Below the pieces are notes generated by a model. The model was not told where the DNA came from. It did not search any database and saw only the letters and a program-made list of their open reading frames with translations. Below, in pieces: positions 11,559 to 25,189 of a DNA stretch of 64,000 nucleotides (positions within the stretch are counted from its first letter, which is position 1; every line of letters begins with the position of its first letter). Location of the stretch: the NCBI RefSeq assembly GCF_964204645.1, contig NC_134033.1, positions 62,001 to 126,000 of the forward strand, given 5' to 3'. Origin of the DNA: Tubulanus polymorphus (Eukaryota > Animalia > Nemertea). The position numbers were made by a program, and so were the translations under genes.

Positions 11559-14500
11559 TTCCACCTATCTATTTGAAATCAGTTCAATACGCCTTAACCC
11601 ATCTTTTCACATTGATCCATCATCTTTAGAAACAAAAGCAGCCAGAAAATTCTGATTCTTTCCACCTATCTATTTGAAATCAGTTCAATACGACTTAACC
11701 CATCTTTTCAGATTGAATCCATCATCTTCAGAACCAAAAGCAGCCAGAAAATTCTGATTCTTTCCACCTATCGATTTTAAATCAGTTCAATAAGCCTTAA
11801 CCCATCTTTTCAGATTGAATCCATCATGTTTAGAACCAAAAGCAGCCAGAAAATTCTGTTTCTTTCCACCTATTTATTTTAAATCAGTTCAATAAGCCTT
11901 AACCCATCTTTTCAGATTGAATCCATCATCTTCAGAACCAAAAGCAGCCAGAAAATTCTGATTCTTTCCACCTATCTATTTTAAATCAGTTCAATACGCC
12001 TTTACTCATCTTTTCAGATTGAATCCATCATCTTCAGAACCAAAAGCAGCCAGAAAATTCTTACTCTTTCCACCTATCTATTTGATATCAGTTCAATACA
12101 CCCAAACCCATCAATTAAGATAGAATTCATCATCTTTAGAACCATATTTAGCTAGAAAAATCTGTATCTTTCAACCCATCTATTCGAAATCAGTTCAGTT
12201 TACCTTATCCTATCATTTCAGATCGAGTCTATCATCTTCAGAACCAAAAGCAGCCAGAAAATTCTGATTCTTTCAACCTATCTATTTGAAATCAGTTCAA
12301 TACGCCTTTACTCATCTTTTCAGATTGAATCCATCATCTTTAGAACCAAAAGCAGCCAGAAAATTCTGTTTCTTTCCACCTATCTATTTGAAATCAGTTC
12401 AATAAGCCTTTACTCATCTTTTCAGATTGAATCCATCATCTTTAGAACCAAAAGCAGCCAGAAAAGTCTGTTTCTTTCCACCTATCTATTTGAAATCAGT
12501 TCAATACGCCTTTACTCATCTTTTCAGATTGAATCCATCATCTTTAGAACCAAAAGCAGCCAGAAAATTCTGTTTGTTTCCACCTATCTATTTGAAATCA
12601 GTTCAATACACCCAAACCCATCAATTAAGATAGAATTCATCATCTTTAGAACCATATTTAGCTAGAAAAATCTGTATCTTTCAACCCATCTACTCGAAAT
12701 AAGTTCAGTTTACCTTAACCTATCATTTCGGATCGAGTCTATCATCTTCAGAACCAAATGCAGCCAGCAAATTCTGATTCTTTCCACCTATCTATTTTAA
12801 ATCAGTTCAATGCGCCTTAACCCATCTTTTCAGATTGAATCCATCATCTTCAGAACCAAAAGCAGCCAGAAAATTCTTATTCTTTCCACCTATTTATTTG
12901 AAATCAGTTCAATAAGCCTTAACCCATCTTTTCAGATTGAATCCATCATCTTCAGAACCGAAAGCAGCCAGAAAATTCTGATTCTTTCCACCTATCTATT
13001 TTAAATCAGTTCAATGCGCCTTAACCCATCTTTTCAGATTGAATCCATCATCTTCAGAACCGAAAGCAGCCAGAAAATTCTTATTCTTTCCACCTATTTA
13101 TTTTAAATCAGTTCAATAAGCCTTAACCCATCTTTTCAGATTGAATCCATCATCTTTAGAACCAAAAGCAGCCAGAAAATTCTGTTTCTTTCCACCTATC
13201 TATTTGAAATCAGTTCAATAAGCCTTTACTCATCTTTTCAGATTGAATCCATCATCTTTAGAACCAAAAGCAGCCAGAAAAGTCTGTTTCTTTCCACCTA
13301 TCTATTTGAAATCAGTTCAATACGCCTTTACTCATCTTTTCAGATTGAATCCATCATCTTTAGAACCAAGAGCAGCCAGAAAATTCTGTTTCTTTCCACC
13401 TATCTATTTGAAATCAGTTCAATACGCCTTTACTCATCTTTTCAGATTGAATCCATCATCTTCAGAACCAAAAGCAGCCAGAAAATTCTTATTCTTTCCA
13501 CCTATCTATTTGATATCAGTTCAATACACCCAAACCCATCAATTAAGATAGAATTCATCATCTTTAGAACCATATTTAGCTAGAAAAATCTGTATCTTTC
13601 AACCCATCTACTCGAAATAAGTTCAGTTTACCTTAACCTATCATTTCGGATCGAGTCTATCATCTTCAGAACCAAATGCAGCCAGAAAATTCTGATTCTT
13701 TCCACCTATCTATTTTAAATCAGTTCAATACGCCTTTACTCATCTTTTCAGATTGAATCCATCATCTTTAGAACCAAAAGCAGCCAGAAAATTCTTATTC
13801 TTTCCACCTATCTATTTGATATCAGTTCAATACACCCAAACCCATCAATTAAGTTATAATTCATCATCTTTAGAACCATATTTAGCTAGAAAAATCTGTA
13901 TCTTTCAACCCATCTACTCGAAATAAGTTCAGTTTACCTTAACCTATCATTTCGGATCGAGTCTATCATCTTCAGAACCAAATGCAGCCAGAAAATTCTT
14001 ATTCTTTCCACCTATCTATTTGATATCAGTTCAATACACCCAAACCCATCAATTAAGTTATAATTCATCATCTTTAGAACCATATTTAGCTAGAAAAATC
14101 TGTATCTTTCAACCCATCTACTCGAAATAAGTTCAGTTTACCTTAACCTATCATTTCGGATCGAGTTTATCATCTTCAGAACCAAATGCAGCCAGAAAAT
14201 TCTGATTCTTTCCACCTATCTATTTGAAATCAGTTCAATACGCCTTAACCCATCTTTTCAGATTGAATCCATCAACTTCAGAAGCATAAGTAGTCAGAAA
14301 ATTATTAATCTTTCAACCAATCTATTAAAAATCAGTTCTGTACATCCTAACCCATCAATTAAGATAGAATTCATCATCTTTAGAACCATATTTAGCTAGA
14401 AAAATCTGTATCTTTCAACCCATCTACTCGAAATAAGTTCAGTTTACCTTAACCTATCATTTCGGATCGAGTCTAACATCTTCAGAACCAAATGCAGCCA

Positions 14501-17500
14501 GAAATTCTTATTCTTTCCACCTATTTATTTTAAATCAGTTCAATAAGCCTTAACCCATCTTTTCAGATTGAATCCATCATCATCTTTAGAACCAAAAGCA
14601 GCCAGAAAATTCTTATTCTTTCCACCTATCTATTTGATATCAGTTCAATACACCCAAACCCATCAATTAAGATAGAATTCATCATCTTTAGAACCATATT
14701 TAGCTAGAAAAATCTGTATCTTTCAACCCATCAACTCGAAATAAGTTCAGTTTACCTTAACCTATCATTTCGGATCGAGTCTATCATCTTCAGAACCAAA
14801 TGCAGCCAGAAAATTCTGATTCTTTCCACCTATCTATTTTAAATCAGTTCAATACGCCTTTACTCATCTTTTCAGATTGAATCCATCGTCTTTAGAACCA
14901 AAAGCAGCCAGAAAATTCTGTTTCTTTCCACCTATCTATTTGAAATCAGTTCAATACGCCTTTACTCATCTTTTCAGATTGAATCCATCATCTTTAGAAC
15001 CAAAAGCAGCTAGAAAATTCTGTTTCTTTCCACCTATCTATTTGAAATCAGTTCAATACGCCTTTACTCATCTTTTCAGATTGAATCCATCATCTTCAGA
15101 ACCAAAAGCAGCCAGAAAATTCTTATTCTTTCCACCTATCTATTTGATATCATTTCAATACACCCAAACCCATCAATTAAGTTATAATTCATCATCTTTA
15201 GAACCATATTTAGCTAGAAAAATCTGTATCTTTCAACCCATCTACTCGAAATAAGTTCAGTTTACCTTAACCTATCATTTCGGATCGAGTCTATCATCTT
15301 CAGAACCAAATGCAGCCAGAAAATTCTGATTCTTTCCACCTATCTATTTTAAATCAGTTCAATACGCCTTAACCCATCTTTTCAGATTGAATCCATCAAC
15401 TTCAGAAGCATAAGTAGTCAGAAAATTCTTAATCTTTCAACCAATCTATTAAAAATCAGTTCTGTACATCCTAACCCATCAATTAAGATAGAATTCATCA
15501 TCTTTAGAACCATATTTAGCTAGAAAAATCTGTATCTTTCAACCCATCTACTCGAAATAAGTTCAGTTTACCTTAACCTATCATTTCGGATCGAGTCTAT
15601 CATCTTCAGAACCAAATGCAGCCAGAAAATTCTGATTCTTTCCACCTATCTATTTTAAATCAGTTCAATACGCCTTTACTCATCTTTTCAGATTAAATCC
15701 ATCATCTTTAGAACCAAATGCAGACAGAAAATTCTGTTTCTTTCCACCTATCTATTTGAAATCAGTTCAATGCGCCTTAACCCATCTTTTCAGATTGATT
15801 CCATCATCTTCAGAACCAAAAGCAGCCAGAAAATTCTGATTCTTTCCACCTATCTATTTTAAATCAGTTCAATACACCTTTACTCATCTTTTCAGATTGA
15901 ATCCATCATCTTTAGAACCAAAAGCAGCCAGAAAATTCTGTTTCTTTCCACCTATATATTTGAAATCAGTTCAATACGCCTTTACTCATCTTTTCAGATT
16001 GAATCCATCATCTTTAGAACCAAAAGCAGCCAGAAAATTCTGTTTCTTTCCACCTATCTATTTGAAATCAGTTCAATACGCCTTTACTCATCTTTTCAGA
16101 TTGAATCCATCATCTTCAGAACCAAAAGCAGCCAGAAAATTCTTATTCTTTCCACCTATCAATTTGATATCAGTTCAATACACCCAAACCCATCAATTAA
16201 GATAGAATTCATCATCTTTAGAACCATATTTAGCTAGAAAAATCTGTATCTTTCAACCCATCAACTCGAAATAAGTTCAGTTTACCTTAACCTATCATTT
16301 CGGATCGAGTCTATCATCTTCAGAACCAAATGCAGCCAGAAAATTCTGATTCTTTCCACCTATCTATTTTAAATCAGTTCAATACGCCTTTACTCATCTT
16401 TTCAGATTGAATCCATCGTCTTTAGAACCAAAAGCAGCCAGAAAATTCTGTTTCTTTCCACCTATCTATTTGAAATCAGTTCAATACGCCTTTACTCATC
16501 TTTTCAGATTGAATCCATCGTCTTTAGAACCAAAAGCAGCCAGAAAATTCTGTTTCTTTCCACCTATCTATTTGAAATCAGTTCAATACGCCTTTACTCA
16601 TCTTTTCAGATTGAATCCATCATCTTCAGAACCAAAAGCAGCCAGAAAATTCTTATTCTTTCCACCTATCTATTTGATATCAGTTCAATACACCCAAACC
16701 CATCAATTAAGTTATAATTCATCATCTTTAGAACCATATTTAGCTAGAAAAATCTGTATCTTTCAACCCATCTACTCGAAATAAGTTCAGTTTACCTTAA
16801 CCTATCATTTCGGATCGAGTCTATCATCTTCAGAACCAAATGCAGCCAGAAAATTCTGATTCTTTCCACCTATCTATTTGAAATCAGTTCAATACGCCTT
16901 AACCCATCTTTTCAGATTGAATCCATCAACTTCAGAAGCATAAGTAGTCAGAAAATTCTTAATCTTTCAACCAATCTATTAAAAATCAGTTCTGTACATC
17001 CTAACCCATCAATTAAGATAGAATTCATCATCTTTAGAACCATATTTAGCTAGAAAAATCTGTATCTTTCAACCCATCTACTCGAAATAAGTTCAGTTTA
17101 CCTTAACCTATCATTTCGGATCGAGTCTATCATCTTCAGAACCAAATGCAGCCAGAAAATTCTGATTCTTTCCACCTATCTATTTTAAATCAGTTCAATA
17201 CGCCTTTACTCATCTTTTCAGATTAAATCCATCATCTTTAGAACCAAATGCAGACAGAAAATTCTGTTTCTTTCCACCTATCTATTTGAAATCAGTTCAA
17301 TGCGCCTTAACCCATCTTTTCAGATTGATTCCATCATCTTCAGAACCAAAAGCAGCCAGAAAATTCTGATTCTTTCCACCTATCTATTTTAAATCAGTTC
17401 AATACACCTTTACTCATCTTTTCAGATTGAATCCATCATCTTTAGAACCAAAAGCAGCCAGAAAATTCTGTTTCTTTCCACCTATCTATTTGAAATCAGT

Positions 17501-20500
17501 TCAATACGCCTTTACTCATCTTTTCAGATTGAATCCATCATCTTTAGAACCAAAAGCAGCCAGAAAATTCTGTTTCTTTCCACCTATCTATTTGAAATCA
17601 GTTCAATACGCCTTTACTCATCTTTTCAGATTGAATCCATCATCTTCAGAACCAAAAGCAGCCAGAAAATTCTTATTCTTTCCACCTATCAATTTGATAT
17701 CAGTTCAATACACCCAAACCCATCAATTAAGATAGAATTCATCATCTTTAGAACCATATTTAGCTAGAAAAATCTGTATCTTTCAACCCATCAACTCGAA
17801 ATAAGTTCAGTTTACCTTAACCTATCATTTCGGATCGAGTCTATCATCTTCAGAACCAAATGCAGCCAGAAAATTCTGATTCTTTCCACCTATCTATTTT
17901 AAATCAGTTCAATACGCCTTTACTCATCTTTTCAGATTGAATCCATCGTCTTTAGAACCAAAAGCAGCCAGAAAATTCTGTTTCTTTCCACCTATCTATT
18001 TGAAATCAGTTCAATACGCCTTTACTCATCTTTTCAGATTGAATCCATCGTCTTTAGAACCAAAAGCAGCCAGAAAATTCTGTTTCTTTCCACCTATCTA
18101 TTTGAAATCAGTTCAATACGCCTTTACTCATCTTTTCAGATTGAATCCATCATCTTCAGAACCAAAAGCAGCCAGAAAATTCTTATTCTTTCCACCTATC
18201 TATTTGATATCAGTTCAATACACCCAAACCCATCAATTAAGTTATAATTCATCATCTTTAGAACCATATTTAGCTAGAAAAATCTGTATCTTTCAACCCA
18301 TCTACTCGAAATAAGTTCAGTTTACCTTAACCTATCATTTCGGATCGAGTCTATCATCTTCAGAACCAAATGCAGCCAGAAAATTCTGATTCTTTCCACC
18401 TATCTATTTTAAATCAGTTCAATACGCCTTTACTCATCTTTTCAGATTGAATCCATCGTCTTTAGAACCAAAAGCAGCCAGAAAATTCTGTTTCTTTCCA
18501 CCTATCTATTTGAAATCAGTTCAATACGCCTTTACTCATCTTTTCAGATTGAATCCATCGTCTTTAGAACCAAAAGCAGCCAGAAAATTCTGTTTCTTTC
18601 CACCTATCTATTTGAAATCAGTTCAATACGCCTTTACTCATCTTTTCAGATTGAATCCATCATCTTCAGAACCAAAAGCAGCCAGAAAATTCTTATTCTT
18701 TCCACCTATCTATTTGATATCAGTTCAATACACCCAAACCCATCAATTAAGTTATAATTCATCATCTTTAGAACCATATTTAGCTAGAAAAATCTGTATC
18801 TTTCAACCCATCTACTCGAAATAAGTTCAGTTTACCTTAACCTATCATTTCGGATCGAGTCTATCATCTTCAGAACCAAATGCAGCCAGAAAATTCTGAT
18901 TCTTTCCACCTATCTATTTGAAATCAGTTCAATACGCCTTAACCCATCTTTTCAGATTGAATCCATCAACTTCAGAAGCATAAGTAGTCAGAAAATTCTT
19001 AATCTTTCAACCAATCTATTAAAAATCAGTTCTGTACATCCTAACCCATCAATTAAGATAGAATTCATCATCTTTAGAACCATATTTAGCTAGAAAAATC
19101 TGTATCTTTCAACCCATCTACTCGAAATAAGTTCAGTTTACCTTAACCTATCATTTCGGATCGAGTCTATCATCTTCAGAACCAAATGCAGCCAGAAAAT
19201 TCTGATTCTTTCCACCTATCTATTTTAAATCAGTTCAATACGCCTTTACTCATCTTTTCAGATTAAATCCATCATCTTTAGAACCAAATGCAGACAGAAA
19301 ATTCTGTTTCTTTCCACCTATCTATTTGAAATCAGTTCAATGCGCCTTAACCCATCTTTTCAGATTGATTCCATCATCTTCAGAACCAAAAGCAGCCAGA
19401 AAATTCTGATTCTTTCCACCTATCTATTTTAAATCAGTTCAATACACCTTTACTCATCTTTTCAGATTGAATCCATCATCTTTAGAACCAAAAGCAGCCA
19501 GAAAATTCTGTTTCTTTCCACCTATCTATTTGAAATCAGTTCAATACGCCTTTACTCATCTTTTCAGATTGAATCCATCATCTTTAGAACCAAAAGCAGC
19601 CAGAAAATTCTGTTTCTTTCCACCTATCTATTTGAAATCAGTTCAATACGCCTTTACTCATCTTTTCAGATTGAATCCATCATCTTCAGAACCAAAAGCA
19701 GCCAGAAAATTCTTATTCTTTCCACCTATCAATTTGATATCAGTTCAATACACCCAAACCCATCAATTAAGATAGAATTCATCATCTTTAGAACCATATT
19801 TAGCTAGAAAAATCTGTATCTTTCAACCCATCAACTCGAAATAAGTTCAGTTTACCTTAACCTATCATTTCGGATCGAGTCTATCATCTTCAGAACCAAA
19901 TGCAGCCAGAAAATTCTGATTCTTTCCACCTATCTATTTTAAATCAGTTCAATACGCCTTTACTCATCTTTTCAGATTGAATCCATCGTCTTTAGAACCA
20001 AAAGCAGCCAGAAAATTCTGTTTCTTTCCACCTATCTATTTGAAATCAGTTCAATACGCCTTTACTCATCTTTTCAGATTGAATCCATCGTCTTTAGAAC
20101 CAAAAGCAGCCAGAAAATTCTGTTTCTTTCCACCTATCTATTTGAAATCAGTTCAATACGCCTTTACTCATCTTTTCAGATTGAATCCATCATCTTCAGA
20201 ACCAAAAGCAGCCAGAAAATTCTTATTCTTTCCACCTATCTATTTGATATCAGTTCAATACACCCAAACCCATCAATTAAGTTATAATTCATCATCTTTA
20301 GAACCATATTTAGCTAGAAAAATCTGTATCTTTCAACCCATCTACTCGAAATAAGTTCAGTTTACCTTAACCTATCATTTCGGATCGAGTCTATCATCTT
20401 CAGAACCAAATGCAGCCAGAAAATTCTGATTCTTTCCACCTATCTATTTGAAATCAGTTCAATACGCCTTAACCCATCTTTTCAGATTGAATCCATCAAC

Positions 20501-23346
20501 TTCAGAAGCATAAGTAGTCAGAAAATTCTTAATCTTTCAACCAATCTATTAAAAATCAGTTCTGTACATCCTAACCCATCAATTAAGATAGAATTCATCA
20601 TCTTTAGAACCATATTTAGCTAGAAAAATCTGTATCTTTCAACCCATCTACTCGAAATAAGTTCAGTTTACCTTAACCTATCATTTCGGATCGAGTCTAT
20701 CATCTTCAGAACCAAATGCAGCCAGAAAATTCTGATTCTTTCCACCTATCTATTTTAAATCAGTTCAATACGCCTTTACTCATCTTTTCAGATTAAATCC
20801 ATCATCTTTAGAACCAAATGCAGACAGAAAATTCTGATTCTTTCCACCTATCTATTTTAAATCAGTTCAATACGCCTTTACTCATCTTTTCAGATTGAAT
20901 CCATCATCTTTAGAACCAAAAGCAGCCAGAAAATTCTGTTTCTTTCCACCTATCTATTTGAAATCAGTTCAATACGCCTTTACTCATCTTTTCAGATTGA
21001 ATCCATCATCTTTAGAACCAAGAGCAGCCAGAAAATTCTGTTTCTTTCCACCTATCTATTTGAAATCAGTTCAATGCGCCTTAACCCATCTTTTCAGATT
21101 GATTCCATCATCTTCAGAACCAAAAGCAGCCAGAAAATTCTGATTCTTTCCACCTATCTATTTTAAATCAGTTCAATACGCCTTTACTCATCTTTTCAGA
21201 TTGAATCCATCATCTTTAGAACCAAAAGCAGCCAGAAAATTCTGTTTCTTTCCACCTATCTATTTGAAATCAGTTCAATACGCCTTTACTCATCTTTTCA
21301 GATTGAATCCATCATCTTTAGAACCAAAAGCAGCCAGAAAATTCTGTTTCTTTCCACCTATCTATTTGAAATCAGTTCAATACGCCTTTACTCATCTTTT
21401 CAGATTGAATCCATCATCTTCAGAACCAAAAGCAGCCAGAAAATTCTTATTCTTTCCACCTATCTATTTGATATCAGTTCAATACACCCAAACCCATCAA
21501 TTAAGATAGAATTCATCATCTTTAGAACCATATTTAGCTAGAAAAATCTGTATCTTTCAACCCATCAACTCGAAATAAGTTCAGTTTACCTTAACCTATC
21601 ATTTCGGATCGAGTCTATCATCTTCAGAACCAAATGCAGCCAGAAAATTCTGTTTCTTTCCACCTATCTATTTGAAATCAGTTCAATACGCCTTTACTCA
21701 TCTTTTCAGATTGAATCCATCATCTTCAGAACCAAAAGCAGCCAGAAAATTCTTATTCTTTCCACCTATCTATTTGATATCAGTTCAATACACCCAAACC
21801 CATCAATTAAGTTATAATTCATCATCTTTAGAACCATATTTAGCTAGAAAAATCTGTATCTTTCAACCCATCTACTCGAAATAAGTTCAGTTTACCTTAA
21901 CCTATCATTTCGGATCGAGTCTATCATCTTCAGAACCAAATGCAGCCAGAAAATTCTTATTCTTTCCACCTATCTATTTGATATCAGTTCAATACACCCA
22001 AACCCATCAATTAAGTTATAATTCATCATCTTTAGAACCATATTTAGCTAGAAAAATCTGTATCTTTCAACCCATCTACTCGAAATAAGTTCAGTTTACC
22101 TTAACCTATCATTTCGGATCGAGTTTATCATCTTCAGAACCAAATGCAGCCAGAAAATTCTGATTCTTTCCACCTATCTATTTGAAATCAGTTCAATACG
22201 CCTTAACCCATCTTTTCAGATTGAATCCATCAACTTCAGAAGCATAAGTAGTCAGAAAATTATTAATCTTTCAACCAATCTATTAAAAATCAGTTCTGTA
22301 CATCCTAACCCATCAATTAAGATAGAATTCATCATCTTTAGAACCATATTTAGCTAGAAAAATCTGTATCTTTCAACCCATCTACTCGAAATAAGTTCAG
22401 TTTACCTTAACCTATCATTTCGGATCGAGTCTAACATCTTCAGAACCAAATGCAGCCAGAAATTCTTATTCTTTCCACCTATTTATTTTAAATCAGTTCA
22501 ATAAGCCTTAACCCATCTTTTCAGATTGAATCCATCATCATCTTTAGAACCAAAAGCAGCCAGAAAATTCTTATTCTTTCCACCTATCTATTTGATATCA
22601 GTTCAATACACCCAAACCCATCAATTAAGATAGAATTCATCATCTTTAGAACCATATTTAGCTAGAAAAATCTGTATCTTTCAACCCATCAACTCGAAAT
22701 AAGTTCAGTTTACCTTAACCTATCATTTCGGATCGAGTCTATCATCTTCAGAACCAAATGCAGCCAGAAAATTCTGATTCTTTCCACCTATCTATTTTAA
22801 ATCAGTTCAATACGCCTTTACTCATCTTTTCAGATTGAATCCATCATCTTTAGAACCAAAAGCAGCCAGAAAATTCTGTTTCTTTCCACCTATCTATTTG
22901 AAATCAGTTCAATACGCTTTTACTCATCTTTTCAGATTGAATCCATCATCTTTAGAACCAAGAGCAGCCAGAAAATTCTGTTTCTTTCCACCTATCTATT
23001 TGAAATCAGTTCAATGCGCCTTAACCCATCTTTTCAGATTGATTCCATCATCTTCAGAACCAAAAGCAGCCAGAAAATTCTGATTCTTTCCACCTATCTA
23101 TTTTAAATCAGTTCAATACGCCTTTACTCATCTTTTCAGATTTAATCCATCATCTTTAGAACCAAAAGCAGCCAGAAAATTCTGTTTCTTTCCACCTATC
23201 TATTTGAAATCAGTTCAATACGCCTTTACTCATCTTTTCAGATTGAATCCATCATCTTTAGAACCAAAAGCAGCCAGAAAATTCTGTTTCTTTCCACCTA
23301 TCTATTTGAAATCAGTTCAATACGCCTTTACTCATCTTTTCAGATT
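11559..23346. repeat. Large segmental duplication, copy 2 (2142 bp longer than copy 1)
   Basis: The offset to copy 1 steps from 11424 to 13464 (+2040 = 510 + 1530; 7431/20895) and then to 13566 (+102; 8106/21672, 9269/22835). Confidence 0.92.
14634..20836. repeat. 1530-bp (15-mer) HOR, ~3.7 copies, with an internal 510-bp (5-mer) duplication at ~17.9-18.9 kb
   Basis: ORF starts 14877/16407/17937, then 18447 (+510) and 19977 (+1530). Also 15897/17427/19467. Confidence 0.92.
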
Positions 23347-24855
23347 GAATCCATCATCTTCAGAACCAAAAGCAGCCAGAAAATTCTTATTCTTTCCACC
23401 TATCTATTTGATATCAGTTCAATACACCCAAACCCATCAATTAAGATAGAATTCATCATCTTTAGAACCATATTTAGCTAGAAAAATCTGTATCTTTCAA
23501 CCCATCAACTCGAAATAAGTTCAGTTTACCTTAACCTATCATTTCGGATCGAGTCTATCATCTTCAGAACCAAATGCAGCCAGAAAATTCTGTTTCTTTC
23601 CACCTATCTATTTGAAATCAGTTCAATACGCCTTTACTCATCTTTTCAGATTGAATCCATCATCTTCAGAACCAAAAGCAGCCAGAAAATTCTTATTCTT
23701 TCCACCTATCTATTTGATATCAGTTCAATACACCCAAACCCATCAATTAAGTTATAATTCATCATCTTTAGAACCATATTTAGCTAGAAAAATCTGTATC
23801 TTTCAACCCATCTACTCGAAATAAGTTCAGTTTACCTTAACCTATCATTTCGGATCGAGTCTATCATCTTCAGAACCAAATGCAGCCAGAAAATTCTTAT
23901 TCTTTCCACCTATCTATTTGATATCAGTTCAATACACCCAAACCCATCAATTAAGTTATAATTCATCATCTTTAGAACCATATTTAGCTAGAAAAATCTG
24001 TATCTTTCAACCCATCTACTCGAAATAAGTTCAGTTTACCTTAACCTATCATTTCGGATCGAGTTTATCATCTTCAGAACCAAATGCAGCCAGAAAATTC
24101 TGATTCTTTCCACCTATCTATTTGAAATCAGTTCAATACGCCTTAACCCATCTTTTCAGATTGAATCCATCAACTTCAGAAGCATAAGTAGTCAGAAAAT
24201 TATTAATCTTTCAACCAATCTATTAAAAATCAGTTCTGTACATCCTAACCCATCAATTAAGATAGAATTCATCATCTTTAGAACCATATTTAGCTAGAAA
24301 AATCTGTATCTTTCAACCCATCTACTCGAAATAAGTTCAGTTTACCTTAACCTATCATTTCGGATCGAGTCTAACATCTTCAGAACCAAATGCAGCCAGA
24401 AATTCTTATTCTTTCCACCTATTTATTTTAAATCAGTTCAATAAGCCTTAACCCATCTTTTCAGATTGAATCCATCATCATCTTTAGAACCAAAAGCAGC
24501 CAGAAAATTCTTATTCTTTCCACCTATCTATTTGATATCAGTTCAATACACCCAAACCCATCAATTAAGATAGAATTCATCATCTTTAGAACCATATTTA
24601 GCTAGAAAAATCTGTATCTTTCAACCCATCAACTCGAAATAAGTTCAGTTTACCTTAACCTATCATTTCGGATCGAGTCTATCATCTTCAGAACCAAATG
24701 CAGCCAGAAAATTCTGATTCTTTCCACCTATCTATTTTAAATCAGTTCAATACGCCTTTACTCATCTTTTCAGATTGAATCCATCATCTTTAGAACCAAA
24801 AGCAGCCAGAAAATTCTGTTTCTTTCCACCTATCTATTTGAAATCAGTTCAATAC
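20830..24855. repeat. 1940-bp (19-mer, net +2 bp) tandem duplication, ~2 copies
   Basis: ORF pairs 21672/23612 and 22835/24775. Marker 'gagtctaacatc' with linked -1 and +3 indels at 22433/24373. Confidence 0.9.
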
Positions 24856-25189
24856 GCCTTTACTCATCTTTTCAGATTGAATCCATCATCTTCAGAACCA
24901 AAAGCAGCCAGAAAATTCTTATTCTTTCCACCTATTTATTTTAAATCAGTTCAATAAGCCTTAACCCATCTTTTCAGATTGAATCCATCATCATCTTTAG
25001 AACCAAAAGCAGCCAGAAAATTCTGTTTCTTTCCACCTATCTATTTGAAATCAGTTCAATACGCCTTTACTCATCTTTTCAGATTGAATCCATCATCTTC
25101 AGAACCAAAAGCAGCCAGAAAATTCTTATTCTTTCCACCTATCTATTTGATATCAGTTCAATACACCCAAACCCATCAATTAAGATAGA

